64,000 nt of DNA from the IMG/VR virus record IMGVR_UViG_3300047323_000304, positions 1 through 64,000 of that record. One strand, given 5' to 3'. This document shows, piece by piece, positions 30,512 to 39,924 of the stretch. Under the pieces are notes generated by a model. It had not been told where the DNA came from and did not search any database. It worked only from the letters and a program-made list of their open reading frames with translations. The stretch is from a virus. The position numbers and the translations under genes are program-made. Positions within the stretch are counted from its first letter, which is position 1; each line of letters begins with the position of its first letter.

Positions 30512-31330
30512 ATGGATTACCAGCATTTCGATTCATTTAATCTAACTGATATGAGAACTGGAAAAACTAAAAATATATTCGATGATTTCGGTGGAAGAAT
30601 AATTAATACAAATGAAACTACTTATGACAGAGAATGTATGCCACAATTAAACTTTATTACTGATAAGAATGATACTAGAGACGGTGAGATATTTATTGGT
30701 GGAACATTAGGAACGAGGATTATAGATATGACATGTTTCTTTTCTGAAGAAGATGGGGGTGGAGATTTATCTGAATTAAAAAGATGGTTATTTAAACAAC
30801 ATAATAACAAAAAACTCCAACAAATGTTTGAGTGGGATGGAACAGATGATAATTCTGCTATTTTTGCAATTGAATCTGGTGGTTGGCAATCTAAAGTCTA
30901 TTATCAAAAGAAGTTTTTTGGAGAAATTCCACTAAAATTTGTATGTCATTCGCCTTATTACTTCATTAAAGATGAAAAAGATATTTCTTTTATTGGGTTA
31001 AAAGTAGGAGATATAAAAAATATTAGATGTGCAGGAAATACTGAAAGTTTTCCATTGATTAAGATAGTTCCTAGTGGTACACAATCTATTGTAAAATTTA
31101 ATTGGAATGGCTTAATTGTCACTTTAAATAATGTAGACAAACCTATCTATTTAGATTGTTGGCTTAGTTCTTGTTATGAATATATAAATGGTATTATAAC
31201 TCCAACTAATAAATGTAGTACAACTCTATATAAGGATTTTCCATTAGTAGATGCGGATTTACCTAATTCTATAACTGTATTACAAGGAAATTTTGATATG
31301 ATTATTACTTTAAATAGTAGAATTATATAA
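30512..31330 (+). CDS. Distal tail (Dit) protein
   Basis: Follows the tape measure; LKFVCHSPYYF, AGNTESFPLIKI. Confidence 0.75.
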   Translation: MDYQHFDSFNLTDMRTGKTKNIFDDFGGRIINTNETTYDRECMPQLNFITDKNDTRDGEIFIGGTLGTRIIDMTCFFSEEDGGGDLSELKRWLFKQHNNKKLQQMFEWDGTDDNSAIFAIESGGWQSKVYYQKKFFGEIPLKFVCHSPYYFIKDEKDISFIGLKVGDIKNIRCAGNTESFPLIKIVPSGTQSIVKFNWNGLIVTLNNVDKPIYLDCWLSSCYEYINGIITPTNKCSTTLYKDFPLVDADLPNSITVLQGNFDMIITLNSRII

Positions 31331-31410
31331 ATAAATATAAAGATATTGTTAAGTATAACCTTAAGTAGTAAAATAGTTATATAAATACTATTTAAGGGGA
31401 TGAAATAATA

Positions 31411-31725
31411 ATGAAAAAAACTATGGGAATATTAACAATACTATTAGGTATTATATCATGCATTATGTTTTTTCAAGCAGGAAGTCATTTAAATGATAAT
31501 GGAAAAGAAATGAAGCAACTAAAATCTCAAGGTGGAACATCGCTTGCAGAAGCTTATTATCAAGATATTGGAGAAATAAGCAAGGGGTTAGGAAGTCTTT
31601 GTTATGCTTTTGGATTTGGGTCTCTTGCCATATCAATTGGAATAGGTGGAAATTTATATCAAACTGAAAATAAAATAGTTTCACGTAATAATGTTATTGA
31701 ATTAGGTGAAAATGATGGTAAGTAA
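31411..31725 (+). CDS. Small two-TM membrane protein
   Basis: Two hydrophobic segments; own promoter TTGTTA-17-TAAAAT. Confidence 0.65.
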   Translation: MKKTMGILTILLGIISCIMFFQAGSHLNDNGKEMKQLKSQGGTSLAEAYYQDIGEISKGLGSLCYAFGFGSLAISIGIGGNLYQTENKIVSRNNVIELGENDGK

Positions 31726-32341
31726 AATTAAAAATTTATATAATTTTGTAATAGTAAAGCATAAAAAATTAACTATCATTATTGGCGTAATTACAATAAT
31801 ATTAATAACAATAATCGGAACAGGATATTTTTATTATGGTATAGGAATGTCAGAACAACATAAAAACGATAGAATAAAATCAGTAGTATTAAATAAAGAA
31901 TATGATAAAGCTACAGAAATGACAAATAGATATTTTAATAAAACAGACGAACAATCCATTGCTATAAAAAAAGTTAATATGTCATTAATTGATTTATGTA
32001 AAACTACCAATACAGGGAGTTTAGAAGAAGCTACAAGCAAATATAAAGCTTTACAAGAACAGCTAAATACAGTGAAAATAATAAAAGTAGATATAACTAA
32101 AGAAAAATATAATAGCAGTTATCATAATGTTGAAGTTACTGTTCAAAATAATGGAAAAGAAAATATAAATTATGTAAAAATAGGATTAGATTTTAAAGAT
32201 AAGAATGGGAATATTATTCAAAGTGATTGGACAAATGATAGTTCTGTTATAAAGCCTAATGCTAAACAGACTATTAAAAAGATGGTAAGTAATGATATTA
32301 AATATGATACAGTACAGGCAGAAGTACAAGATTTTAGATAA
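31715..32341 (+). CDS. Membrane-anchored protein with FxLYD-like domain
   Basis: N-terminal TM; VEVTVQNNGKENINYVKIGLDFKDKNGNIIQSDWT..IKPNAKQTI. Confidence 0.7.
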   Translation: MVSKIKNLYNFVIVKHKKLTIIIGVITIILITIIGTGYFYYGIGMSEQHKNDRIKSVVLNKEYDKATEMTNRYFNKTDEQSIAIKKVNMSLIDLCKTTNTGSLEEATSKYKALQEQLNTVKIIKVDITKEKYNSSYHNVEVTVQNNGKENINYVKIGLDFKDKNGNIIQSDWTNDSSVIKPNAKQTIKKMVSNDIKYDTVQAEVQDFR

Positions 32342-32380
32342 AATTAAATATATAAAATATGTAAGACTAACCGATTTTGG

Positions 32381-33070
32381 CTAGTCTTTTTTGTATGTGT
32401 TTAATAAATTATTGGATTCATTTATAAAATTCATTAACTCATTATCACTTATTTCATATAGACCACCATTATTATAAATTTTAATAATTTTTGATATGAA
32501 ATTTATAAGTGGCTTACTATTAGATTGTTTAACAATCAATGTATATAGAGAACGATAGGAAAGTATAAATTTAAATTGAAAAGAAGTTGTATTTTGATCC
32601 CGATAAGCTTCTATTTCTTTTCTAATTCTAATTGGTAAAGAAGATAAATCTGCATTAGATATGATACTATTTATAATTAATTCTAAATTTTCTTCAAGAG
32701 TATATTCTATATCTAATCTTTCTTGAATTTGTTCTATTTCATATAATTCATCTTCTTCACATAATTCATCATTAGTATAATTATTTCCGTTTTTAATTTT
32801 ATCTATTATTTCTAAAGTTTCTGTATTTAATAAATTTTTCTTATTTGTATTATTATAATCAAAAATTGTTAATTGTGGTTCTATTTCAAATATATCATTA
32901 GGCGTAATATCTAACATATTACAAAGCTTTTCTAATATATCATATTTAATGGAAGTAGTTTCACCTTTAACAATTTTCCCTAAATTATTTTGTGTAACTC
33001 CTATTTCTTTAGATAATGAGTATACTGATATATTTTTATTATCTAAAATTTCTTGTAATTTAATTTTCAT
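32381..33070 (-). CDS. XRE/Cro-C1 HTH transcriptional regulator (paralog B)
   Basis: VYSLSKEIGVTQNNLGKIVKGET..LEKLCNMLDITPNDIF; C-terminal half similar to 20564-21355. Confidence 0.85.
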   Translation of the reverse strand: MKIKLQEILDNKNISVYSLSKEIGVTQNNLGKIVKGETTSIKYDILEKLCNMLDITPNDIFEIEPQLTIFDYNNTNKKNLLNTETLEIIDKIKNGNNYTNDELCEEDELYEIEQIQERLDIEYTLEENLELIINSIISNADLSSLPIRIRKEIEAYRDQNTTSFQFKFILSYRSLYTLIVKQSNSKPLINFISKIIKIYNNGGLYEISDNELMNFINESNNLLNTYKKD

Positions 33071-33147
33071 TATAATTACCTCCTTTGTTTAAATATATTA
33101 TACCTCAACATATATTATGTTTGCAAATATTTTTTAAAAAATAACTA

Positions 33148-33288
33148 TTGACAGATAGTATGTGAAGAGATATTATGTATACATAAGGTAAGTTAATCCA
33201 ATTTACCTAAATAAAAATAAGGCAGTAACAATATTGCTACCACCAACTCTCGCAAAGTTAGTATAGCATAAAATTACTCCTTAATCAA
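33148..33288. promoter_or_regulatory. Rightward promoter, conserved leader and embedded antisense promoter (copy B)
   Basis: TTGACA-17-TATTAT (33148-33176, +); TTGATT-17-TATACT (33288-33260, -). Confidence 0.7.
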
Positions 33289-33307
33289 TAAGGGAGATGT
33301 ATTAATT

Positions 33308-33970
33308 ATGGGAAATCAATTACAAATTTTTAACAATGAGGAATTTGGACAAGTTAGAAGTATAAGATTGAAAGGAAAAGATTATTTTGTAGCCAATGAT
33401 ATAGCAAAGGCATTAGGTTATATTTCGCCAAAGGACGCAATTACAAGACATTGTAAGGGGGCGACAAAAGTAAGCTACCTTACTGAAGGAGGAAATCAAG
33501 AAGTTAAGTTTATTCCAGAAGGGGATATATTTAGATTAGTGTCTAGGTCAAAATTACCTAACGCTGAAAAATTTGAATGTTGGATATTTGATGACTTACT
33601 TCCAACACTAAGACGAACAGGGAAATATGAACTACATAATGAGGAAGATGAAAAATCACAAACAGAATTAGAACAAATAGCAACCAATATATTTGGACAA
33701 TTAGATACTAAAATCACTAAGTTGGATGAGTATTATAGACCTAGACATAAAACCAAACTAGGATTAAATAAATTTATTAAAGATTGTTTAGGTGATAATG
33801 CCACAACAGAGAATTGCAAGAAAGCTAAGAATACATTATTAACTCTTTTAGGTAATTATTCTATATATGAAGAAGTACCTATAGATAGATTACAAGATAC
33901 TAATACTATAGCTAGGTTATACGATATTTGCAAAAATATTAACAATTCTATAGTTGGAGGTATACAATAA
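33308..33970 (+). CDS. BRO-N family antirepressor
   Basis: LQIFNNEEFGQVRSI..YFVANDIAKALGY..IPEGDIFRLVSRSKLPNAEKFECWIFDDLLPTLRRTGKY. Confidence 0.9.
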   Translation: MGNQLQIFNNEEFGQVRSIRLKGKDYFVANDIAKALGYISPKDAITRHCKGATKVSYLTEGGNQEVKFIPEGDIFRLVSRSKLPNAEKFECWIFDDLLPTLRRTGKYELHNEEDEKSQTELEQIATNIFGQLDTKITKLDEYYRPRHKTKLGLNKFIKDCLGDNATTENCKKAKNTLLTLLGNYSIYEEVPIDRLQDTNTIARLYDICKNINNSIVGGIQ

Positions 33971-34719
33971 TGAGTGATTTGACTTATTTTGAAGTATTAG
34001 AATTACAAATGTACAAAGAAAAATGTATAACTCTTGGTATATATTATAAACATAATAATATCCAATACGATAAAGAAAAACTTAATGTAACAGAACTTTT
34101 ATATATAGAATTTGGTAGGTTTTGTGAGTATTATGAATTAGATTCTAGTTTATTTATTAACTATGAGAAGTATTTAGAATGTGGTGGAATTGAATGGAAT
34201 GTTGATAATAAAGAATTTGATTCAATAGAAGAAAATCAACTATATACTTTTATAAGAAGATTAAAAATTGGTGAATATAAAGTTATTTTATTTAATGAAG
34301 AAATTCCGATGGTTAATGATGAACATTATAATTCTATGGTGGGTTATGTATTTGATGAATTAAGAGAAGATAGTGTTATAGAAGTTGGTTTTGATACTCT
34401 AAAAATAATTCAAACCAATGGAGAAGAAATATTTTTAGAAGGACTAGAAGAAATATCAGAAGGAGAAATATTTGCAAGAAGATTTTTAAATAAATGTGAA
34501 TATGACACTTTAATTGTAAAAGACTTTTTGGGACAAGTTGATTTTGAAGATCATAATTATAAAGACATAAAAAAAGATAACTATTATTGCAAATGCAAAG
34601 ATATAACTAATATAAGAACAATGCCTGAAGATAGCGAACACTATAATATGAATTATGGGAATATTATAGTGGGATATGGAGAAGAAGATTTCTTTGAAGA
34701 AATTTGGCAACAAGGTTAA
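33970..34719 (+). CDS. Acidic hypothetical protein
   Basis: Coupled (TAATG) to the BRO gene; followed by a terminator at about 34740-34767. Confidence 0.6.
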   Translation: MSDLTYFEVLELQMYKEKCITLGIYYKHNNIQYDKEKLNVTELLYIEFGRFCEYYELDSSLFINYEKYLECGGIEWNVDNKEFDSIEENQLYTFIRRLKIGEYKVILFNEEIPMVNDEHYNSMVGYVFDELREDSVIEVGFDTLKIIQTNGEEIFLEGLEEISEGEIFARRFLNKCEYDTLIVKDFLGQVDFEDHNYKDIKKDNYYCKCKDITNIRTMPEDSEHYNMNYGNIIVGYGEEDFFEEIWQQG

Positions 34720-34802
34720 TAATAAAATTTTAGATATTTAGAACTCATTTAACTATGGGTTCTTTTATTATGTTTAAAAATAAATAATAGGAGGTAAATG
34801 AA

Positions 34803-36815
34803 ATGAATAAAATAGAGTTCATTAAAGATGAATTTCTTAATCCTACACCTATATTATATTTATGTAGGGGAATTATTGAAACATCATTAAAAAGCAGAGA
34901 TTTTAATACAACAGTAAATATAGTTAAATCTGATAAACAAAATGAAGTTTCTACACTTGCTTTTGATATTCCATTTTCAAAAGATAGAAAAATAACTATT
35001 GATGATTGTGATAAACTTGTAAAATTTGAAAATGATTATTATTTAATTAAGGAAATTGAAGTAGAAGATGGAAGTACCCCAAATATAAAAATATCATGTG
35101 AAAGTGAAAATACTGAACTTAAAGGAATTTACTGTGAAACAATCAATGCAATAGGCGTTTCACCTTATGATATGTATTTGGCTATTATGAATTCAGTTAG
35201 ACATCCAATTGATTTAACAAAAAATTATAAATGGGCAGGAACAGATGTTGTCAATAAATTTAGACATTTGCAATGCGAAGAAGAACAATCTGTATTTCAA
35301 AATTTCGTATCTTTAGCAGAAGTCTTTAATGGTTGGCTTGAATTTACTACTGATGAGAGTGGACAAAATTGGATTTTCTTGAGAACCCAAGAAATAGATG
35401 ATGGGAAATTTATTAAAAAAAATCTTGATATGAAAACATTAAATATAACATCTGATAGTAAAGAGATATTTACTCAAGTTGAGTTATTCGGAAAACAAGA
35501 TGAACTAACAGGTCAAGAAATAAATATAATGACAGTTAATCCAAATGGGAAAAGTTGTTTAGAAAATTATAGTTATTATCTTTCAAAAGGAATTCCAACA
35601 AGTAATATAGATAATGAACCTAAATATCAACAATTAAAAGTTATTAGAGACGAAAAGTACACAACACCTCAAGATTTATATGATATGGGAATTGAAGAAT
35701 TAGCAAAATGTTCAATTCCTAAAATAGATGCGTCTCTTACGCTTAGCGATTTATCTATACATATAGATAGTCCAATTATACCTCCAGTAGTTGGTCATAA
35801 GCTTTTATGTATTGACAAAGATATAGATTTTATTTTTACGTGTAAGATTATTGGTGTAGAAAGACCATATAATAATCCTGCTGATGTAAAAATTGAAATC
35901 TCAAATGTAAATAGGTATGATACAGCGTATCAAAACATAAATCATACTGTAGATAATGCAAATAAAGTAATAAGTACAGACCCAACTAATACAGATGGTC
36001 AAAATACAGGAGATTCTAAACCCTACATAAAAATGAGCGATTGTAAAGATGGTGATCACTGGAATGCAACTAAAAGATTTGCTGATACATATTCATTGGC
36101 AACTCAACAAAGTGACCTCATTTCTCTAAGAGTTGATGAACAAAATCAATCATTTGCGGAGCTTCAGGTCACAGCAAATATGATTTCAACTCATGTGGAA
36201 GATATAAGTGATACAAATCATAGAGTATATTCAGAAATACAACAAACAGCTAGAAATATAAAAGCTGTTGTAGTAGAAGATCAAGATAGTGGAAGTGTAG
36301 AATTAAATAAAGATAAATTTGTAGTTGCCTTTAATGGTAGTACAAATAGAAATGCAGTAATAGATAGAAATGTAGGTTTAATACTGGGAAATCCTGACAC
36401 TGGAACGTTTAGCCAAATAGAATATGGTGGTAAATTATCTTTAATGATGCAAGGAGAGAAGCATCCATATCATTGTTTAGTAGATGGAGGAGTTAGAAGT
36501 TTTGAATGTACAGATAGTGGATATACAACATTTTATATTAATCTGCCAAATAAGTTTTCAGGAATAGATGATTCAGAAATAACAGTTATTTCAAGTGTTA
36601 GAAAAGTTTATGATACAAATATTGATTCTACAAACAATATTTGTTTTTGGTTTGGTTGCTATGCCAGTTGTGTAAATGGGAGAATCCAAGTCGATGTGAT
36701 GAGTAAGTGGAGAACTGTACAATATGAAGATGACTCAAATGGAGATAGTTGGGTAAAGGATATTAACGGTGAAAAGAATGGACTGATTGATATTTCATAT
36801 GTTATAATAGCATAA
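34803..36815 (+). CDS. Tail-associated (Tal/hub, prophage tail endopeptidase-like) protein
   Basis: NEVSTLAFDIP, SKEIFTQVELFG, LENYSYY, IGHKLLCID patterns; gp58-like EIQQTARNI repeats. Confidence 0.7.
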   Translation: MNKIEFIKDEFLNPTPILYLCRGIIETSLKSRDFNTTVNIVKSDKQNEVSTLAFDIPFSKDRKITIDDCDKLVKFENDYYLIKEIEVEDGSTPNIKISCESENTELKGIYCETINAIGVSPYDMYLAIMNSVRHPIDLTKNYKWAGTDVVNKFRHLQCEEEQSVFQNFVSLAEVFNGWLEFTTDESGQNWIFLRTQEIDDGKFIKKNLDMKTLNITSDSKEIFTQVELFGKQDELTGQEINIMTVNPNGKSCLENYSYYLSKGIPTSNIDNEPKYQQLKVIRDEKYTTPQDLYDMGIEELAKCSIPKIDASLTLSDLSIHIDSPIIPPVVGHKLLCIDKDIDFIFTCKIIGVERPYNNPADVKIEISNVNRYDTAYQNINHTVDNANKVISTDPTNTDGQNTGDSKPYIKMSDCKDGDHWNATKRFADTYSLATQQSDLISLRVDEQNQSFAELQVTANMISTHVEDISDTNHRVYSEIQQTARNIKAVVVEDQDSGSVELNKDKFVVAFNGSTNRNAVIDRNVGLILGNPDTGTFSQIEYGGKLSLMMQGEKHPYHCLVDGGVRSFECTDSGYTTFYINLPNKFSGIDDSEITVISSVRKVYDTNIDSTNNICFWFGCYASCVNGRIQVDVMSKWRTVQYEDDSNGDSWVKDINGEKNGLIDISYVIIA

Positions 36816-36834
36816 TTTAAAGGAGTGAAAACAA

Positions 36835-37092
36835 ATGGAAAATAAAAAAATGACTATATTTTATCGTTTAAGAAATTTAGAAATTAGTGATACTTGTACA
36901 GGAGTACAAAGTTTTAGATATTTTGGAGAAAATATTGAAGATTATGAAATGATATATGGACGTTTAGTTCTAGATTATGACGTTTTTATTTTAAGAAATA
37001 CACAAGATTTTTATCTAGAAAAAAATGAAAATGGAGAAGTACAATTAAAAATGAAACTTGAGTTTCAAGAATCCTTAAAAAAATATTTATAA
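36835..37092 (+). CDS. Small tail-associated protein
   Basis: AAGGAG SD; directly follows Tal. Confidence 0.55.
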   Translation: MENKKMTIFYRLRNLEISDTCTGVQSFRYFGENIEDYEMIYGRLVLDYDVFILRNTQDFYLEKNENGEVQLKMKLEFQESLKKYL

Positions 37093-37111
37093 ATAAATTA
37101 AAAATAATATA

Positions 37112-37154
37112 TTGACAACTTTCTTTATTGGTGTTATTATTTAAATATACCAAG
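37112..37154 (+). promoter_or_regulatory. sigmaA promoter with putative operator
   Basis: TTGACA-17-TATTAT; AATATACCAAG in the same register as at 17091. Confidence 0.7.
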
Positions 37155-37234
37155 TAACAACAAAAAGTGGTATAATATTCTAAAAGAATATAAAATTTAA
37201 AATAAATATTAATTATGAGAGGAAAGTGTTAAAT

Positions 37235-38020
37235 ATGAAAAAGTCAATTAAAAAATTAATAACCTTGATTATTGCAACTACTACAATTTTAGGTACATCA
37301 GTTACAGCAAACGCAGAATGGAAACAAGACACTAATGGTTGGTGGAATACAGAAGGAAATTCTTATTCGACTGGTTGGAGAAATATTGACAACAAATGGT
37401 ATTATTTCGATAATAATGGGTATATGAAAACTGGTTGGTATCAAGATGCTGATGGAAAATACTATTATCTACAAACAGATGGAAGTATGGCTACCAATAT
37501 AACTACACCAGATGGATATAAAGTTGACGATAAAGGAGTTTGGGTGAAAACAACTAGTAATGCTATTAGTACAACAAATACAACTCAAAATCAAGTTGCT
37601 ACTAATGCAACAAATAGCACAAATAATCAAACTACATCATCTACTAGTAATGCAAGTTCAAGTTCTTCATCAAGTAGTAGTTCGTCATCAAGTAATTCAA
37701 ATAATAGTTCTAATAAAAATTATGTTTCTATATTTTATTTAAAAAATGATAATAATAAAATTACTGATGCAGGAACAGGTAAACAAACATTAGGATATTT
37801 TGGGCAAGAAAACTTAATAGAAACTGAGAAACAATATGGATTATTATATATAAATGCTAATGACTACGGAAAAACCGCGAAAGATTTTGCTAGAGAAGTA
37901 TTTGATAATTACGAAATAATCAATGATAATGGAATAGCAAAATTAGTAAAGAAATCAATACCCACTACATCCAATGCAACTACTCAAACAACTACATCCT
38001 CAGCAGTAACAGCATTATAG
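37235..38020 (+). CDS. Secreted cell-wall/choline-binding repeat protein
   Basis: Signal peptide ending ANA-EWK; GW..IDNKWYYFDNNGYMKTGW repeats; Ser/Thr/Asn-rich linker. Confidence 0.85.
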   Translation: MKKSIKKLITLIIATTTILGTSVTANAEWKQDTNGWWNTEGNSYSTGWRNIDNKWYYFDNNGYMKTGWYQDADGKYYYLQTDGSMATNITTPDGYKVDDKGVWVKTTSNAISTTNTTQNQVATNATNSTNNQTTSSTSNASSSSSSSSSSSSSNSNNSSNKNYVSIFYLKNDNNKITDAGTGKQTLGYFGQENLIETEKQYGLLYINANDYGKTAKDFAREVFDNYEIINDNGIAKLVKKSIPTTSNATTQTTTSSAVTAL

Positions 38021-38050
38021 ATAATTAGTAAAAAAATAACAAAAAACATA

Positions 38051-38167
38051 TTGACATTAATAAACATTAGACATATAATAGTAATTGTAAAGAAGTTATA
38101 TAATAAAATTCTACAAAGCATTTTATTTTAGATAAGACATTGATTGGTACTCAGTGTCTTATTTTTA
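38051..38167 (+). ncRNA. Putative antitoxin sRNA (about 38086-38167) with its promoter
   Basis: Consensus TTGACA-17-TATAAT; terminator TAAGACATTGA/TCAGTGTCTTA plus T tract; no ORF; 19/21 direct repeat of the toxin start region. Confidence 0.65.
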
Positions 38168-38303
38168 TGTCCAAAATAAAGGACTTTCTAATTATATTAC
38201 TTACCATCTCACGTAATTGGTACTTACGCTTTTAAAATATATAATTATAGTCATCCTTATATTAATTATCTTATCATCTGTTCATTAAAATGTATTAATG
38301 GGC

Positions 38304-38402
38304 TTAAACAAAGTGTAATACTACAGTTAAAACAATATTAATTATAGCTATAACAATAGTTTCATCTAAATGATTTTTCAAGAAATCCACAAAGCTTTTT
38401 AT
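38304..38402 (-). CDS. 32-aa hydrophobic peptide, putative type I toxin (ATA start; not in ORF track)
   Basis: GGAGG SD 8 nt before ATA; (M)KSFVDFLKNHLDETIVIAIINIVLTVVLHFV; promoter TTGTAT-17-TATAAT at 38477-38449. Confidence 0.6.
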   Translation of the reverse strand: MKSFVDFLKNHLDETIVIAIINIVLTVVLHFV

Positions 38403-38629
38403 TTTAATCGCCTCCCTTCCCAATGGGATGTTTCAAGATGGCAATTAAATTATATCACTTATTACTAGAATATACAATTTAATACAAAAAACTATTAATA
38501 ACTTAGTGTAATATTTACTAGGTTGTTTTATTATGTCAAAAATTACTATACTATCAAGAATGTATAAACAAAATAAAAAGAATATATTAAAATAAAAACA
38601 CAATTTTAAAAGAAAGTTGGTGAGTAAAT

Positions 38630-38842
38630 TTGCCAAGTATATTAACAACAAAACATCAAGAAGCACAAGATGCTATTGCTAAAATGAACCAAAAATATAT
38701 AGATTCAAATATACAACTTAATAAAACAAAAGATGAAGGATTCAAAACATTAGAGAATAAATTAAAAGATGAAGCAGATTATCAGAAAAATACATTATTG
38801 AATGCTTATAAAGATATGAATGATTTACCCCCTGATGTATAG
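38630..38842 (+). CDS. Small hypothetical protein
   Basis: TTG start with a GGTGA-type SD; 70 aa helical. Confidence 0.4.
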   Translation: MPSILTTKHQEAQDAIAKMNQKYIDSNIQLNKTKDEGFKTLENKLKDEADYQKNTLLNAYKDMNDLPPDV

Positions 38843-38881
38843 TAAATAAAGTATAAATAATGAAAGGAGTTGATTGATTAA

Positions 38882-39892
38882 ATGGCAAATACAAGTATAT
38901 TTCAGATTGATAATATGGATGTTGATTTAAAAACATATGTAAAGCTTAGATGTAAATCATGTTTGGGGGATTCAGTAATATTCAAATTTTTAGTATACAA
39001 TGAATCAAGTCCAGTAAATTTATCTGATTATAAAATAGAATTTCGTGCAAGATTACCAAAATCAGGACAAGTATATTCTGAAACAGATAATATAACAATG
39101 AATGGAAATGAATTAACTGTAACCTGTGATAATGTTCTTACATCTGAAATAGGAGAATGTATAATTACATTGCGTTTGGTTGATATAATTACATATAAAC
39201 AAAAATCAAATTATATTATTATATTAAAGGTAATGTCTACAATAGATGCTGATGAAGAAATACAAACGAGTAGTACACTTAGTGCACTTTCTTCACTTGA
39301 TTATGCAATAGACAGATATTTTGAATTAAAGGTTGATTTATTAGACCAAATAACAATAGGAAATTTATTGCTAAATAATTTAATATCAAATATAGCCACA
39401 GGTAGCACATTAAATACAAGTTTAATAACACAAAATACAAATGCATCTTTAAATATATCTACATTAATAACCCAAAACAATCAAGCAACAAATAATATAT
39501 CAACATTAACAACTAAAAATAACCAAGCTACGAATAATGTTTCAGTATTAACAACTAAAAATAATGAAGCAATAACTAATACAAATAATTTAAATAACTC
39601 GATTAATATAGGGACTTCTTTAAATTCAAGTCTACATACTGAAAATATAATAGGAACAAAACTATTAGTAGATTTAAATAATGCTAATTCATTAATAAAT
39701 AAAAAAATAGATGACCACATTAACGATAATAATAGGCATTTAAGTATTGGAGAAAGAGAGTCATGGAATATGTATGCTACTCAAATAAATGATATAGCAA
39801 AATTAATTGATATTTTAATGGGTACTACTACAATTGTCACTGAAAATGGAGATAATATTATAACAGAAACAGGTGATATTTTAATCCTATAA
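38882..39892 (+). CDS. BppU-like baseplate upper protein with 14-aa repeats
   Basis: GDSVIFKFLVYNESSPVNLSDYKIEFRARLP; NISTLxTxNNQATN tandem repeats; TENGDNIITETG tail. Confidence 0.75.
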   Translation: MANTSIFQIDNMDVDLKTYVKLRCKSCLGDSVIFKFLVYNESSPVNLSDYKIEFRARLPKSGQVYSETDNITMNGNELTVTCDNVLTSEIGECIITLRLVDIITYKQKSNYIIILKVMSTIDADEEIQTSSTLSALSSLDYAIDRYFELKVDLLDQITIGNLLLNNLISNIATGSTLNTSLITQNTNASLNISTLITQNNQATNNISTLTTKNNQATNNVSVLTTKNNEAITNTNNLNNSINIGTSLNSSLHTENIIGTKLLVDLNNANSLINKKIDDHINDNNRHLSIGERESWNMYATQINDIAKLIDILMGTTTIVTENGDNIITETGDILIL

Positions 39893-39924
39893 TAAATTAT
39901 AAATAAAGAAAGTGAGGAATTTAA

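Noticed and set aside
37560-37710. TCA/AGT-rich short repeats
   Set aside because: They simply encode the Ser/Thr/Asn linker of the surface protein
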